In this document: in pieces, positions 1 to 14,125 of the stretch
Layout of the letters: the number at the start of each line of letters is the position of its first letter
How positions within the stretch are numbered: the first letter of the stretch is position 1
Notes under the pieces: model-generated
What the model saw: only the letters and a program-made list of their open reading frames with translations
Told to the model about the DNA's origin: nothing
Databases searched by the model: none
Program-made: the position numbers and the translations under genes
Assembly (NCBI RefSeq): GCF_009914755.1
Contig: NC_060933.1
Length of the DNA: 64,000 nt
Direction: 5' to 3' (one strand)
Source of the DNA: the human T2T-CHM13v2.0 reference genome, Homo sapiens

Positions 1-3000
1 GGAGACTGTTTTTCTGATGCAATTCAGCCAGTCCTAGCTAAAACACAAATATTTGAATATCTAACCTTAAACTCATTTGAAACTGAAAAAAGGGGGTGGT
101 GGGAAGTTAAAAGATTTTTTAAAAACCAAACTGGTTTATTCAAAATTTTGGTCCGCACTCTTCATTAGATTACCCATTGGAACAAATAAAATTTAGCCAT
201 GGGAACACGTTCCATTTTGTCAGAAATATAATTTGGATCCAACTGTCTTATCAACTAATCAGTTTCTATTGCTATGTTTTACTTCCTCATGACTAAAATT
301 CTAAAAGGAAAGCTATAAGGTATTTATTTGTGTGTGGGTATGTGCATTGTGTGTTCACACATGTTGTGTCTACATGGTAAAACCTGGCATAGTTGGCCAT
401 AAATCACTTAAGTAATTCTATTCAGATTGGCTTAATGAGTGCTATATTAACTATATAGTAATGAACTCAAATGCTGTTTAGTTCACATTAGTTAAGTAAA
501 TAATTAACAAATAAGCTAGTTTTAAATTTGTTGATAAAATAAAAATTAAAATGTCTTCAGAATTGTTGGCATCCACTTTTGTCTGGTTTTGCTAATCAGA
601 TGGGATTATATTTGTGTCTCTATATATTTTAAGGTCATACAACTATAAATCCAACCTAAAAACAGAACAATTTTTGTGTAATTCTTTGATAAGTAAGACT
701 AATATTGTTAGTTTAATGAAAACATCTTTATCATCTGATTTACCCACAAAATACCCATATATTTAAGGTTCTTATATAGGTGAACTCCAGATATTCACAG
801 ACTATAAAAATGGTTAACAGGGATATAACTTAAAATGATGACTAGTTTTGTATAATATCTCAGTTTTTATAAGTAATCTAGGTATAATTTTTAAAAATAA
901 ATTAGGGAAATGTAAGTGGGATAAACATTTAAAAATGAACTTTTCCTGTGATCTGAAATCTTAAAGTTATGTTAAACTAAGTGATAGATACTCATTAAAT
1001 GTCTGGGTAAATTCCTAATAAAATACTAAAACATAAATTGCTGAACATAAATTCAGGATTGTTCTTGGATTCTCAAATTTTATACAAAGACTAAATATAT
1101 TGGGTGTATTAAACATAAAAATTATGTTATAGGAAATGTTGCTAAAAATTATGAAATTGCTCTCATCTTTAAAATATTGATGAGGTGACAGTTCAAAACG
1201 TTTTGCTTCCTAGGTTTTCACTAGAAATTCAGGTTACTAAGAGTTTAAAATTCTAATTAACATAAAATTATGTATACAAAATGTACCAAAAAGATGTGTT
1301 TTGGTGAGAAAAATTGTAAGAAAAACTATGTTCTTTATTGAGAAAAAAAGAATAATTTTGTCTAAATTCAGAGGTCATTAAAGGTTACTTCAAAATATGG
1401 ATTTAGGAAGGAAGAAGAAAGAGGATAGAAATGAACCAGTAAGCAGGAGATACGTGAAGAAAGTTATAAGTATTAAGATGTATTTGTGGTAAAGCAGGTT
1501 AAAAAGAAAAGTGAATAATTTTGTATAAGAAAATGTTGTGTGGTAGATTTTTGTCCTAACGTAAAATGACTGGTTATTTAAGAAAGAAAATGTATAGGAT
1601 AAAACTAAAAGTCTAGCCTGTTGTCGAACATCTGTGTAAGTCATGAAAGGTTTGTGAAGGATGAATTTATGAAAAAAATTTGTGTGTGTGATCAAGTTGG
1701 TTATAATTAGAAGGAAATTATTTATGTCTTTCTAAATATTGAGCTTTGATATTAAAAATACACTGCTACATAACTAAAACTTTGATCTCCCTATGTTAGA
1801 ACAACAAAGTTTTCCTGAAGTACTGATCTGCTCTTAGTAAAATTGTAAGAGGTTTTGATTTTTAATTCTGAAATCTGTTTAACAGCCATCTTCTAAGCTG
1901 CAACTTATTCCTGTTTAATAGTTTCTATTCCTGCCACATTTTTTTTCCTAAGCCATTTAATTTCCCTGGTTTAAGGCCGGAAATGCTATCTTCTTCATTT
2001 AAATTTCTCCAGGTACAGCTTTCCTCTTGAAGCTTTTCAGGTTCTTGTCTCGGAAGTTCCACTTTTGCTGTATCTTGCTGCACGAGATTTATAGGTTATA
2101 CATCATTGCCTTAAGCTTTTTCCCCTTGAGAGGATATATCTTTTGCTTGGCTGAGGTGATAACTCTTTCAACTTTTTAACCAGCTCCTGTAATTTTTTTA
2201 TCTAGCTCTAACTCTGTTGACATGGCCTGACACTGGGATGTTCCTCCTTGAAGGCCTAGAAAGGCAGTTACCCTCCAACATAATGTGATTTCTACATGGG
2301 TCTGAATTGCTCCATGTAACCAGGAAACTTCCCATGATTTTACTAATAACCACATATTCCCCTGCTCAAGATATAGTTTTCTTGTTTACATTTCTCTATA
2401 ATACGGTATACATTCATAATCTTTGGACACACACTCTTCCTGTGTCTGATTAAATTCAAGTATTTTTCATCAGGTTTGACTTCCAGGTTATTTAAACTGT
2501 CTTCCCGTAAGGAGAAGCAATCACATTGCAAAATATTTTTTTTTACCTTTTTGTTAACTGACCTAAGACGTAAAGATTTTGAGTTTTATCAAAATAATTT
2601 CCTTTGTAGTCTTTATTAGGTTTTTGATTCTTAAAGTGAGCTTTGAAAGGGTTAAGGTTTTTGTTTGTTTGCTTTTTACATCCATGTAACTTTCTGTATA
2701 GCTTTTGAAGTTTTTGATTATCACTGTAGTTAAACGAATAACTATTATTTCATGGTGACCTGTGACCCTGCTTTTATCAGGTATTCTAAACCTTTTGGCA
2801 TCTTTGATGGGCTTCCCCAGCATCAAAATTCTAAATTAAGTCTTTTTTGACCTAGAATTAACTTTGAGACTTTCTAGTCAGGCCCGTGGAGAGTATCAAC
2901 GGATGCTTCTCTCATCTTGTGGAGATATTAAATGATTAAGCTCTATGGTAAATTGTATGAGAAACATTGTCAAATGATAAGTGATGCTAGACCTTCCTTA

Positions 3001-3502
3001 AATTACATTTATGGGTATGTTATATATACAAATGTTAAAAAGTATGTAAATTCATAGAAGTCTAATATGGTATCAGTCATAATTTTGGTTATTATGTTAA
3101 AATCTTATATGCTACAGAAATAACCAAATTCCTTGTCAATTGCAAATTATAATAAACTTCCATCAGATTTTTAACTATAGATATTCTAAGTCTCTGTCAT
3201 CCACCATTATGATACTTTTCTAAAAGCATTTGCAATCAGATTCATGGAAAAGACTAACAAATATTCTTAAATATAGGTTTAAATAACTTTAAGGTCGATG
3301 GACTAAATGAAAATGTTTCAGAGCTCTAATGAAGAAACTGATGAATTCATGAAACTACTAATCAAGATGAAGCAGAACAAAATTAATTACATGAAATTAA
3401 GTAACTGATAAAGGTAATGTTTGCATGACTTTTATTTGAAATATTGTTAGTTCTTTAAATGTTTTGTTTTCCAGATTTAAGAAAATTTTCTCTTTTAAGG
3501 AA

Positions 3503-3830
<328 letters not shown>

Positions 3831-4824
3831 TTACAGCAATTTTATAAAGTATATTTTTGTAAACAAATATGGAAGCATTTGCTTTTTTGCCCTACTAATT
3901 CCTTCCAAAATTCAGAAGCTATCTGTGAGTGTTCTTATGACAATGCAGTTATTTCCATAAGTTCAAAAAGAATTTTCTCTGTCTTTATAACAGGATACAA
4001 TTGGAAACATTGGTTATACTACCAAGGCTTTGACTGGAATATCATATTTGAGAACGTGCTTAAAATGCCTGGCTTCAAGGGTTCCCAGCCTTAGAGTGAG
4101 TGAGTAAAAATGCCATTTCATGATAGAAACCATAGGTAAAATCTGAAGTATGCCTTGATCTGGCTTCCTAGCCTCAATAGATTTTAAATCTGAGCTTCCT
4201 ATGTCATCAATGTAAAGATAAAAGGTTATATTTCCAAGGAAATGCTATAATACACCTGTTATTAGAATACAGTCCTGTGCATTGTTTTCAAGTTCTTATT
4301 CTCCACCTATAGATTAGACTAGATCCTGAATTCTTCTAGAATCCTCCAATCTAACTCTTCCATAGAATTATTAAAAACAGAAGCTGCTCTGTTCCTGAAG
4401 TCCTATAAGCTGAAACTAAATAAATTTTAAGGGACAAATCTCATGCCTGATGTATGGGCCACAGCAAGCATTCATCAAACTGCTCAATACCATAAACAGA
4501 GACATTCGGACTGCAAACCAGGACAAGAAATTGATAACTTTATGCTGTGGGCAGCTTTTCCCTAGATGTCAGAACAAGACCCAATATAATAATGAGACTC
4601 TTTCCCCCCTTAATGCTACCTTTTTCACTTAGCAGGATAATGACGTAATTGCAGTTTCACAACCAGTAGCTTCCCCTGGTAACTTAACCACCTGATCTAG
4701 GAGATCTTTTAGTCCACGCAGTGAGTGACTGTAGCAACATCCCTAAGGCAACTGTTGATTACTCTCTGCTTTAATTCAACCCAATCATAGAATACCAGAT
4801 GGAAAAAAATCACTCTATATTTCT

Positions 4825-5233
4825 TGTTGCTCTATATTATTGGTTAAATAAGAAAACACCTGTGCTATTGCTAATACCATATGCTGTAACTGGATAAATT
4901 CTTCTGGGAAAGTTGAGATCCATATATACAAAATAAGAAAACAGGCCACAGGGTTACAACATGTCTCATCTAATTGCCCATGGTCATTTGATTGATGCAA
5001 TACCTTTAAGCCTAGGTTCACGGCTCAAAACCATGCGAACTGGGATTGTCATAGTACTATTAATTTTACTTTGTATTTTCCTTTTTAAACTTTGTACCTG
5101 TTACCTGTTAAGTGTCTTCAGAAGTACAACTTCTAACAGGATGATACTGACCCAGCACTTTGAAATGAGAGCTAATGCCTACAGAACAGATAAAATTGAA
5201 CTTAACAATGAACTCCAGGTAGACCTATCCTGA
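4825..5233 (+). pseudogene. Retroviral env transmembrane-subunit remnant
   Basis: Frame from 4861 reads CAIANTICCNWINSSGKVEIHIYKIRKQATGLQHVS (CX6CC motif). It is preceded by a broken immunosuppressive-domain-like segment and followed in another frame by hydrophobic GIVIVLLILLCIFLFKLC (ORF 4961-5233). Confidence 0.8.
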
Positions 5234-5441
5234 AAAACACTCCCTCCAAACCTCCCTTGTTGCTCAAATGTAGCTAAAAGGATCTTGACACTGACTACTA
5301 GTCACCAATCACTTCCCTCTGATGTGGGACCAGATTAGACCACACCAGGACAGGTCCATTGCAGCACTGAGGGAAAATCAAAACCCAAGGATGACTGATC
5401 AGCAATGCTTTTGGAGAAAGATCTTGGTCAAAAGCGGGGAA

Positions 5442-5912
5442 TGTGAAAGTTATCAGAATCAAAATGGAGTCACATTTTAAGATGTTTAAGACCCTGACAA
5501 GTGGAGCTGGGGAAGGCCATGAAGGGAGGGACATGCACAAATGCCTGATAACAAGAACTATCACAAAAGAATCTGAAAACAATGCAACCTTGCACAAGGG
5601 CCATCGTAACCTTACACACACACACACATATACACATAAAAAGACTTCTGTGAGGACATCTGCCCAGCAACTGCCTGTCCAACCTCAGACTGGTGCCATC
5701 CTTGTTGTTGATTCTTGTAGCCAAGGATAATCATCTCAAAACAACTATATAACCCTCCTCACTTTTCCTTTAAGAATCTTTGTCTTCCTTCACTTCCCTG
5801 AATATGCACATAGCTTACTATGGCATGTGTGTTCCCACTGCAATGCCTATTACCAAATAAATATCATTTTCTTTTAGAGAGTATACCTCTCTGCTTGCTC
5901 TTTAGGTTGACA
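5442..5912 (+). mobile_element. ERV1 3' LTR (MER65-like)
   Basis: Starts tgtgaaagttatcagaatcaaaatggagtcac right after the PPT and ends ggttgaca. TATATAA at ~5746, AATAAA at ~5856. Confidence 0.8.
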
Positions 5913-6929
5913 AGATTAATATTGTAGTGGTGACTTCCATAAGCTGAATATCACATGGAGGAGAAAATATATACTACCAACATGGCATAGTGTAGAAACT
6001 AGGCAACTATATTTATCCTGGATAATCAATAATGGCAAATCTAGTAGAATGTGTGTATCCAGCCTAGATTTGACCATTACCAACACCAACAAATATTTAT
6101 TGACTATTCCCTGTACACCTCCACCTTAAGAGCCAGAAATTCAGTTTAATAAATTCACCCCAGATCATGATACAGATTTGCTGTAGGCTTAGGAAATTGT
6201 TGAGAATATGGGAATGTCATGGGGAAAAAAAACGGGAACTACACCTTCATTCTCCCCAGATCTCTACTCATTCCTACTGTTCAGCCAGACAACTGTCAAC
6301 ACCAAATTTTTGAGATTTATATCTCATTTTTTAAAAATTGTGGTAATATATAATATGAAATTTACCGATTTAACCATATTTAGATATACAATGGCATTAT
6401 GTACACTCACACTGTTGTGCGACTTTCCCTCCTTTTAAATCTTACTTTCTTGCCAATCAGAAGATCAAGTTTGGGTGTTTATGGACATAAAGCTAGCAGT
6501 GCTAAAGTTCTGGCCTCCCCATGCTTCATCATCAAGCTTAAACACACACACACACAGCCCTCCTAGGTAGACTAACCTAAGAGCAGCAAATACATTTTCT
6601 TAAATCTCAACTTTAATTGCTTGGTAATGTATGCCTGGAATACTGTGTAGGAACAGTACCATGACTGAATAGTGTTGTTTGCCTCAGGTGTGGGATGGGA
6701 TAATGGCGCCATGCAAGTTGCATATTTATCATTTCCGAGCTAGTCATTTTAGTACAGGTCCATAGAAATTGAACACAGCTCAGGCACTCTGGTAAACACA
6801 CACAATAGACACTAACTTGGTGGAACATCCCCAGGTCTTCTCAGACTCTTCATTGGCTCCCTACAGAAGCCATGCATTGACACCAGTGACTTTTCTAGGA
6901 ACCACTCAGCTTCTCTTGACTCAATTTAA

Positions 6930-7110
6930 TTCACTCAACATTTAGTGTGTTTGCGCGATGCACAAGAGACACTGTTCTAGATGCTGGAATGATTAAAGTG
7001 TAAGTAGAATAATTTCCAACCAACTCAAAGCTCACAATATGGAAGGATGCTAATGAAGGCAAGTACTTGAATAATTGTTCTATGAGGAAGGATATGATAC
7101 TTTCCATGGA
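6930..7110 (-). mobile_element. L2 fragment
   Basis: cactcaacatttag...cactgttctagatgctgg...ctcaaagctcacaat pattern typical of antisense L2 3' end. Confidence 0.55.
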
Positions 7111-7463
7111 AAGAGACCAATGAAACGGAGGTATGAAGTAAATCAAGATGGCGGCCAGTCATACTCAACCAAGGCTGATGTGGCTATGAAAAATCAGACG
7201 GTTATGACAAGTAGAATCAGACAAGGGCACCAGGTAGGGCAGAACCAGATAGAGACAAGGAGCCATCATGGCTCAGGCCAGAAAAGAACCCAGCCTGAGA
7301 GTGAATTCACTGAAACAAAGAGAGGTGAGGGCTCAAGATTTGTCATAAGAAATTCTTAGCAATATATTTTCAGCCTTTGTTTTTAAAGATACATTACATA
7401 GAGGAAAAGGGTAAAAACTTGTTAGAGGCAGAAGAAATGGATTTACATCGTAACCCTGCCCCC

Positions 7464-7630
7464 TACTAGCTGGGGTATCTTAGGTCTAAGTCTCTCAACT
7501 TTTCCAAACCTCTTATCTTCAAAATAAGGACAATATCTACCCCATGGGCTGTGTGAAAAGTTAATGGAGATGCAGTCTGCAGAGCAGCTAGTGAAGTATT
7601 TGGCATATGGCAGGTACCTAACATATTTTG
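7464..7630 (+). mobile_element. MIR SINE
   Basis: ctactagctgg...cttatcttcaaaataaggacaat...ttggcatatggcaggtacctaa core. Confidence 0.7.
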
Positions 7631-7984
7631 GTTCTTTTCATTTAAGGGGGTTCTAAGTAGCATTGTGGACTACAAAACCACATCAGTCAACTCTGTTTAA
7701 TGAAACAGAGTATTTGTTATTTTGAGGCAATTGAAAGGAAATTTAAGTCCCCACTCTCAAGGAAGTTATCTAGGAGTGGAGAGAAGGAAACAGATATCTT
7801 AAAAAGCCATAATAAAAGAAATTACATTCATGAAAATGACCCCATAATATACAGATTACTTTGAAAACACACTCTGAGTCATTCATGAAGACTGACAGAA
7901 CTATAGAAGCAACTGGAAAGGTCTTTGTAAATTAGGGAAGGAAATATGAGACACATAAATACTATAAACACATTTGCTATTTCG

Positions 7985-8175
7985 GCCCTACTATTTACTA
8001 GCTGTGTGACCTTGTGCAAACTGCTTAACCTCTCTGAATCTCTATTCCCTCAGCCATAAAGAACAAATGAATCTCTCTCCTGCTTATCTCACATGGGTGT
8101 TTTAAAACTCAAAGTATGCAGATGGGCTCTGCCAACTATCAAGAGCCATACAAAGGCAGGGCATCATTATTACCA
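7985..8175 (+). mobile_element. MIR SINE
   Basis: tttactagctgtgtgaccttgtgcaaactgcttaacctctctgaatctc core. Confidence 0.75.
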
Positions 8176-8986
8176 TTGTCTCAAAGAGCACACAAAAAAT
8201 CAGTTATTCAGACACAGGCTCCCTCCCCAACTCACTTGTGCTTGGATTGGGAAAAACAGAGAAGCCAAGTTGAATTTTTCCCTGCTTAAACAATAAAACC
8301 TGCCTTATGAGAAAGTTTGAGCATAACACAGAGTCATGTCTTAAATTCTGGAGTTTCATGCATGTGGTCTAAATTAATTATTCGCATTGACAGAGGCAGT
8401 CAGACTGCCCCCACATATGTAACAGAGATGCACATACACACACATTATGTTCTGCTGAATGACATAAACTGCAACTTTTCCATTCCATGTTCGCACAGCC
8501 AGCATTTTCTGATAAAAATAAAAATTTGTATTCTCGGTTTCTACGTGAAAAGTTACCTGAAATCTCTAGAACATGAGGGAACAAAAGATTCCCAATACCC
8601 AAAACAAGCAATTAAATACTGAACTGAAAACAGTCTTCCCTTAACATCTTGGTCTCAAAGCCCTGTCTGTCTTCTGGAAAACTAGGTCCTTGCTCCCAGC
8701 ATTGCCTCTTCCTCCCTCACCACGTTAGATCTGGCAGTTAGTACTGGTAGCTTCCAATTTCTCCTGAGGACGGTCTAGTCGTTTTCTTTTTTTAATTCTC
8801 AAAGCCAGGGCAAAGTCTGAAATAAATTCTAGCCGCATTTTCCCCCTGCAAATTGGTATTACCAGTCTTCAGCAAGAAAATGAGAGGATATAAGGTACAC
8901 ACTAAGCTAGGAAAATGGGTTGTGGCCAGCATGCCAGTGAGGTTGAGCTTATCCCTAGAGACTGATGGTCAGAGAGACAGAGTGCC

Positions 8987-9548
<562 letters not shown>

Positions 9549-9559
9549 TTAAATCCAAA

Positions 9560-9740
9560 GGCCCGGGAGCTGAGACTGAACCTGGGCTCTGCCTTGTATT
9601 AACTGTAGCATGGTGGGCAAGTTACACAACCTCTCAGTGCTTCAGTTTCCTGATCTGTAAAATGGAGTTGGATAGGACTTTTGGTAAAAATCAGAGATTG
9701 GCACAAAGTAAGCATTCATAAAATGGTAGCTGTTATTATC
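9560..9740 (+). mobile_element. MIR SINE
   Basis: gggcaagttacacaacctctcagtgcttcagtttcctgatctgtaaaatgg core. Confidence 0.75.
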
Positions 9741-10071
9741 ACCAGTGAAGGGAATTTAACTAAAAATACGGAAACCTAAAGGTGCTGGCTGCCTGGCCAT
9801 CTCGTCATCTTGATGCCAGTGGGATTTCTTAAAGTGCTAGCTCCACAGGTATCACTTCATGTAAGATTACGTGAATTATATTAAATGTAGCACAATAATG
9901 ACTTCATTACCTTGTTTTCTGGTACTTCAACACCACTGAAATTCCTGCCAAACCTGTGGCCTCTCTGTGGCCCTATGTTGAGTGATGTCCAACCACCTTT
10001 CCAGTCAACCAGCCTAGAAATCCAGAGTAAAAGCATAAAAGCCAATGACAACTTCTTATCCATGGAGAAAC

Positions 10072-10340
10072 TGTATGGTGCAGTGGCTGAGTGCATGGCT
10101 CTTGAGTCAGACTGCTCCGGTTCAAGTCCTGGCCCATCACTTATTAACTGTGGGTCTATGAGCAAGTTATTTATTCTCTTTGTGCCTCAGTTTCCACATC
10201 TGTAAAACATGTACAATAACAGCTTCACAATATTCACAACAGCAGTTGTGGGATCAAATAAATTCATATATATATCAAGTACTTATTAATAGAAGAACAG
10301 TTCCTGGCACAAGGCACTAAGTGGGTATTGGCCATCATTA
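10072..10340 (+). mobile_element. MIR SINE
   Basis: ggctcttgagtcagactgc...tgcctcagtttccacatctgtaaaa core. Confidence 0.8.
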
Positions 10341-12186
10341 CAACTCTTCTTTATGAATATAACAGAAAAATACAAGCGAGTCAGGCTCAGAAGCCTCCTA
10401 AGGCAAATGTTTTGTGATCTTTAATCTGCTTCCTACTAGTGAATAAACCATAGCATTTGGCAGAAATAAAGCAGTTAATTGGAACGCAGTGTTGGCTATG
10501 ATTAGCAACAAACCATGTTCTCCCGTCCCAGATGGCAAACTGATAAATAGCATAGATGTTGCCTCCCAGTCCATCAGAGCCAGAAGGATCTTAAAGATCA
10601 CCTGATAGTGGCCACCAAACCTGAGGAGCATCAAAATCAACTGGGGAGCTTTCCAAAAAACACAGACTCCTTAAGCCCAGACTCTGAAATTATCTCAATT
10701 GGTCTGGGATGGGCCCCAGGAATCTGGGGATGTCACCCATATGTGAGATCTATGGATTAAATCCATTCTCCTCCTGTCAAAGATGATAAAAATAAGAACC
10801 AGCAGAATAAGCCCACTTGCCCTATGACTCACAGTGTGTAAGAGGCAGAGCAAAGCTCAGGTGTGCCACACATCTCCTCCAGCAAAATCATCTCTAGAAA
10901 GTGAAACAAAGAAATGAATCCTACACCAAGGGCTTAATCTCCAAAGGTGATTAAATATGAGCATGTCTGTGTCTAGTTCCTTATAGGAGCAGGTAGGTCT
11001 GGCTAGGTTTCATGGGTTCTTCCATTAGCAGAGGGAAGTGCTGTTGGAAAATGTTCCTGGTCTTTGAAGTCATTCAGTAACAAGAGCATCTAAGGCCAGT
11101 GCAAATTAAATCAAAGTCTGTTTTTATACCTTTTTATTCCAAGTGGCTTTTTAATAGAGACCAAGTCATAAGAAAAAAAAAAAGAAACAAAGAAAGAAAA
11201 GAAAATCTATTGGAGAAGTAGAGGAGGCATTTGGGAATAAAGGGAAATAAGGCCTTATTTGAACCTACAGAGTCACCCTCACGTCATCTATGTCATTGCA
11301 GCCTCGGGCCTTGCAATGTGTCTGTACTTCTGTACGTCCAAGAACAACTTATTCAGAGCCTGTGAACTAAATTCCTGTCAAGCTAAAGATTTTTCCCTGG
11401 AAATTTTGGTAGGGATGATTGGTATAATTTCCCAACTTCTCACGACAAACCCTTCTGATGTTTGGAAAGCAGCTCATTATCAGCTGTGGTTTTGGCAATC
11501 ACAGCACATAGAAACAGCATGCATTGTCTTCATGATTAGCACAGGCAGCAACAGAATCTGCAAGAATGACTTCATAATTCAAGTGTCCACACTCTTGGCA
11601 GAGCTAGGGGTCCTCTCCAAAGGCTGTCCAGGGGTCCCACTAGAAAGATCTGACATGATCTTTGGCTCAAATGGCAAAATTGTACTTGAAAACTCTGGAA
11701 AACAGCAAGTTTAAGAGCAGCTCATAGGCACCCCACCCAAAAACCTACATTATCAATCTACAGTTGTTTTGAAACATGGATCTTGGGGGAGAGTGCTGGG
11801 AGTCTACTGCGCTTTCATTTACTCTGGTTTACTGACCTGAGGCTGCAATGAAATAGATAAGGGTGATTCTGCAGGTTCAAGGAGAGCCTCATTTTCCTTT
11901 ATTCCCAAATGGTGCCTCCTCCACTTCTCCTATAGATTTTCTTTTTTTTCTTTTTTTTTTTAAAGACTTGCTCTCTGTTAAAAAGCAGAAAACTTATGGA
12001 CGAGTGGTACTTTTAGCTTTTGCATATCCTCTTCTCAAAGAGGGTTTGATAGAAGACAGCTGGGGACAAGCTTGAAGTCACAGAGGGAAGAAGACGATTT
12101 AAAGCAGGAAGTGGATGGGTCAAAGAAAATCCTCCCCAACCTCACAATTTTGCAAGAGCTGGCCCTGACTAGATCTAATTGTTCTT

Positions 12187-12370
12187 TACACCAATTGTTC
12201 TCAATTTTAATGCATATAAAAACCAGCTCGGGAGGGTGTGTAAAAATGCAGATTCCTAAACTCCAAACTTTGGGAGTCTGGTTTGGGAGGCTTGGGGTGG
12301 AGTCCAGGAACCCACATTCTAACAGGCTCCCTGGCCATGTGGATGCACATATTTGACCCCAACACTGGAG
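12187..12370. mobile_element. MER5-type hAT MITE
   Basis: ttgttctcaatttt...aaaatgcagattcct...ggaacccacattctaacaggctcc...cactggagaac pattern. Confidence 0.65.
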
Positions 12371-13719
12371 AACACAGTTGACACTCTTGAGGATGTTCAA
12401 AACAAAACTGGTGGATTGCTTGTTGCTTTTAGCTTTATGACCTTGAGTAGGTCATCTTAACGTCTAATTCTCCCTTTGTGTGTTGTAATACCTCTCTTAT
12501 CTTGCTGTAATACCTCTCTGACATGGATATACATGAGGTAGGTATAAGTGTATTTTTAGAAATGTAAAAGCAACATAAAATTTAAAACATAAATCATCAT
12601 AATCCATTTTTTTCCATTTTCATTCATTTTTAACCTATCTTTAGAATATGCTGGCAAATTGCTTCTGAGGATTCCGAATATGAAATAAAAAGTTCCCAGA
12701 GGTTCAGATTATGATACTGTGCAGTTTGGGACAGCTTTCAGTGAAAATCAAACAGTCTCTAAATATAATAAAGAGCAGCACGAATTTACAATACAGTGAG
12801 TTTTAAATAGGCAGCCACACTGCATAAGACCAACATAAGGATGGGCAGAAATATGCCTAAGATTAAAACATCCTACACACTTACAGAGCAAGTAATGTTC
12901 ATTCTTACTGTGCCAGGCAGTTTGCTCAGACCCAAGCAAGATCCCAAATGAAAAACACATTCAATTTTGAAACAAATTTTATAGTTACAAAAATTTAATT
13001 TTCTTCTATTATTAATTATTAAAGAAAGTGCCCACAAAACAGCATTTTTCTTTGAAAGCATGAGGGGCTATGCTCAGTCCCTGCTGGTATCCTCACTAGG
13101 TATTGAATATAGTCACCTCCACCATGACTCCACAGAGCTTGGGTGAGGTGCCCAGCAGGTCAAAATGACTGGTTTCTCACTCTCACCTGAATTAGACCTG
13201 CCTCATTTGAAGACATTCAAATATGTCCTAATTTTAGAGGGCAATCCATTGAAGTCAAGTTTCCAAGAAATTACATCAGTCTTTGCAACAAATTTACAAT
13301 GGCATGACCAAAACTTGGTTCTTGAGCAAGGATTTTAAAACAAAGCATGATGATTTACAGTTCAAGTTCTCACAAATGCAGAGAAACCCAGGTGCAAAGG
13401 TGAGTTTAGATAGACATCAACAATAAATTAAAAGTGCATCAAATTCTCTTTCTCCACTGTCAAACTGAGACATGTTTTTCCTGGTTTTTATTCCTATTGA
13501 AAAGGAAAAATAGGGCATGACCAGCCTTTGTTACAGATATTTAATTGCTAACAACCAACCCACAGCAACAGCCTGCTAATAGGTTTCTTGCCTCCATAGT
13601 TCCTTCATGGAGCTCACATTCCAGAGATCTTTGGATTTTATCTGTGCTTAAGATAAATTCAAATTCCTTCCTCTGTCTTATAGGGCTCTGCACAACATGG
13701 TCTTTATTTGGGACCACTT

Positions 13720-14125
13720 TCCCCATTCCTAGTACATTGGCCACAAAAGCCTGTACCTGTCTTCAAACACATCGAGCTTGCACCACTGTTCCTTCTGGAA
13801 TGTTTTCCCAGGACTGCTCCTTTTTGACAATGGGATCTTTGTTCAAAGTCTGTATATTTCACTGAGACCTTCTTGTCCCACCCAGTTTAATGTAGCTGTA
13901 TGATCACTCTTTGTCATGATGCCCTAATTAATTCTCTGCATAGGATTTAACTGCAGCTGATAGTTTTATTGAACATTTACATTTTTGCTCATTATTTTCT
14001 TCCTCAAATGAAATACAAGCTTCACAGGAAGAGGGATCTTGTCTGAACTGAGCATTGCAGCATCCCTTGTCCCTAGAACTGTTCCTAGCACATAGGAGGC
14101 CCAAAAAGATTTGCTGGCTCGGTGA
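13720..14125 (+). mobile_element. L2 3' fragment
   Basis: cctagaactgttcctagcacataggaggcccaaaaagatttgctg L2 3' terminus pattern. Confidence 0.6.

Noticed and set aside
11259-11714. 151-aa ORF in unique sequence
   Set aside because: TTG start, no recognisable homology, no convincing splice context, antisense to the inferred gene
13188-13493. Possible minus-strand exon (tttttccttttcaatag acceptor, CAG|gtgaga donor)
   Set aside because: Unusually long (~306 nt) with no coding signal; such site pairs arise by chance in 60 kb
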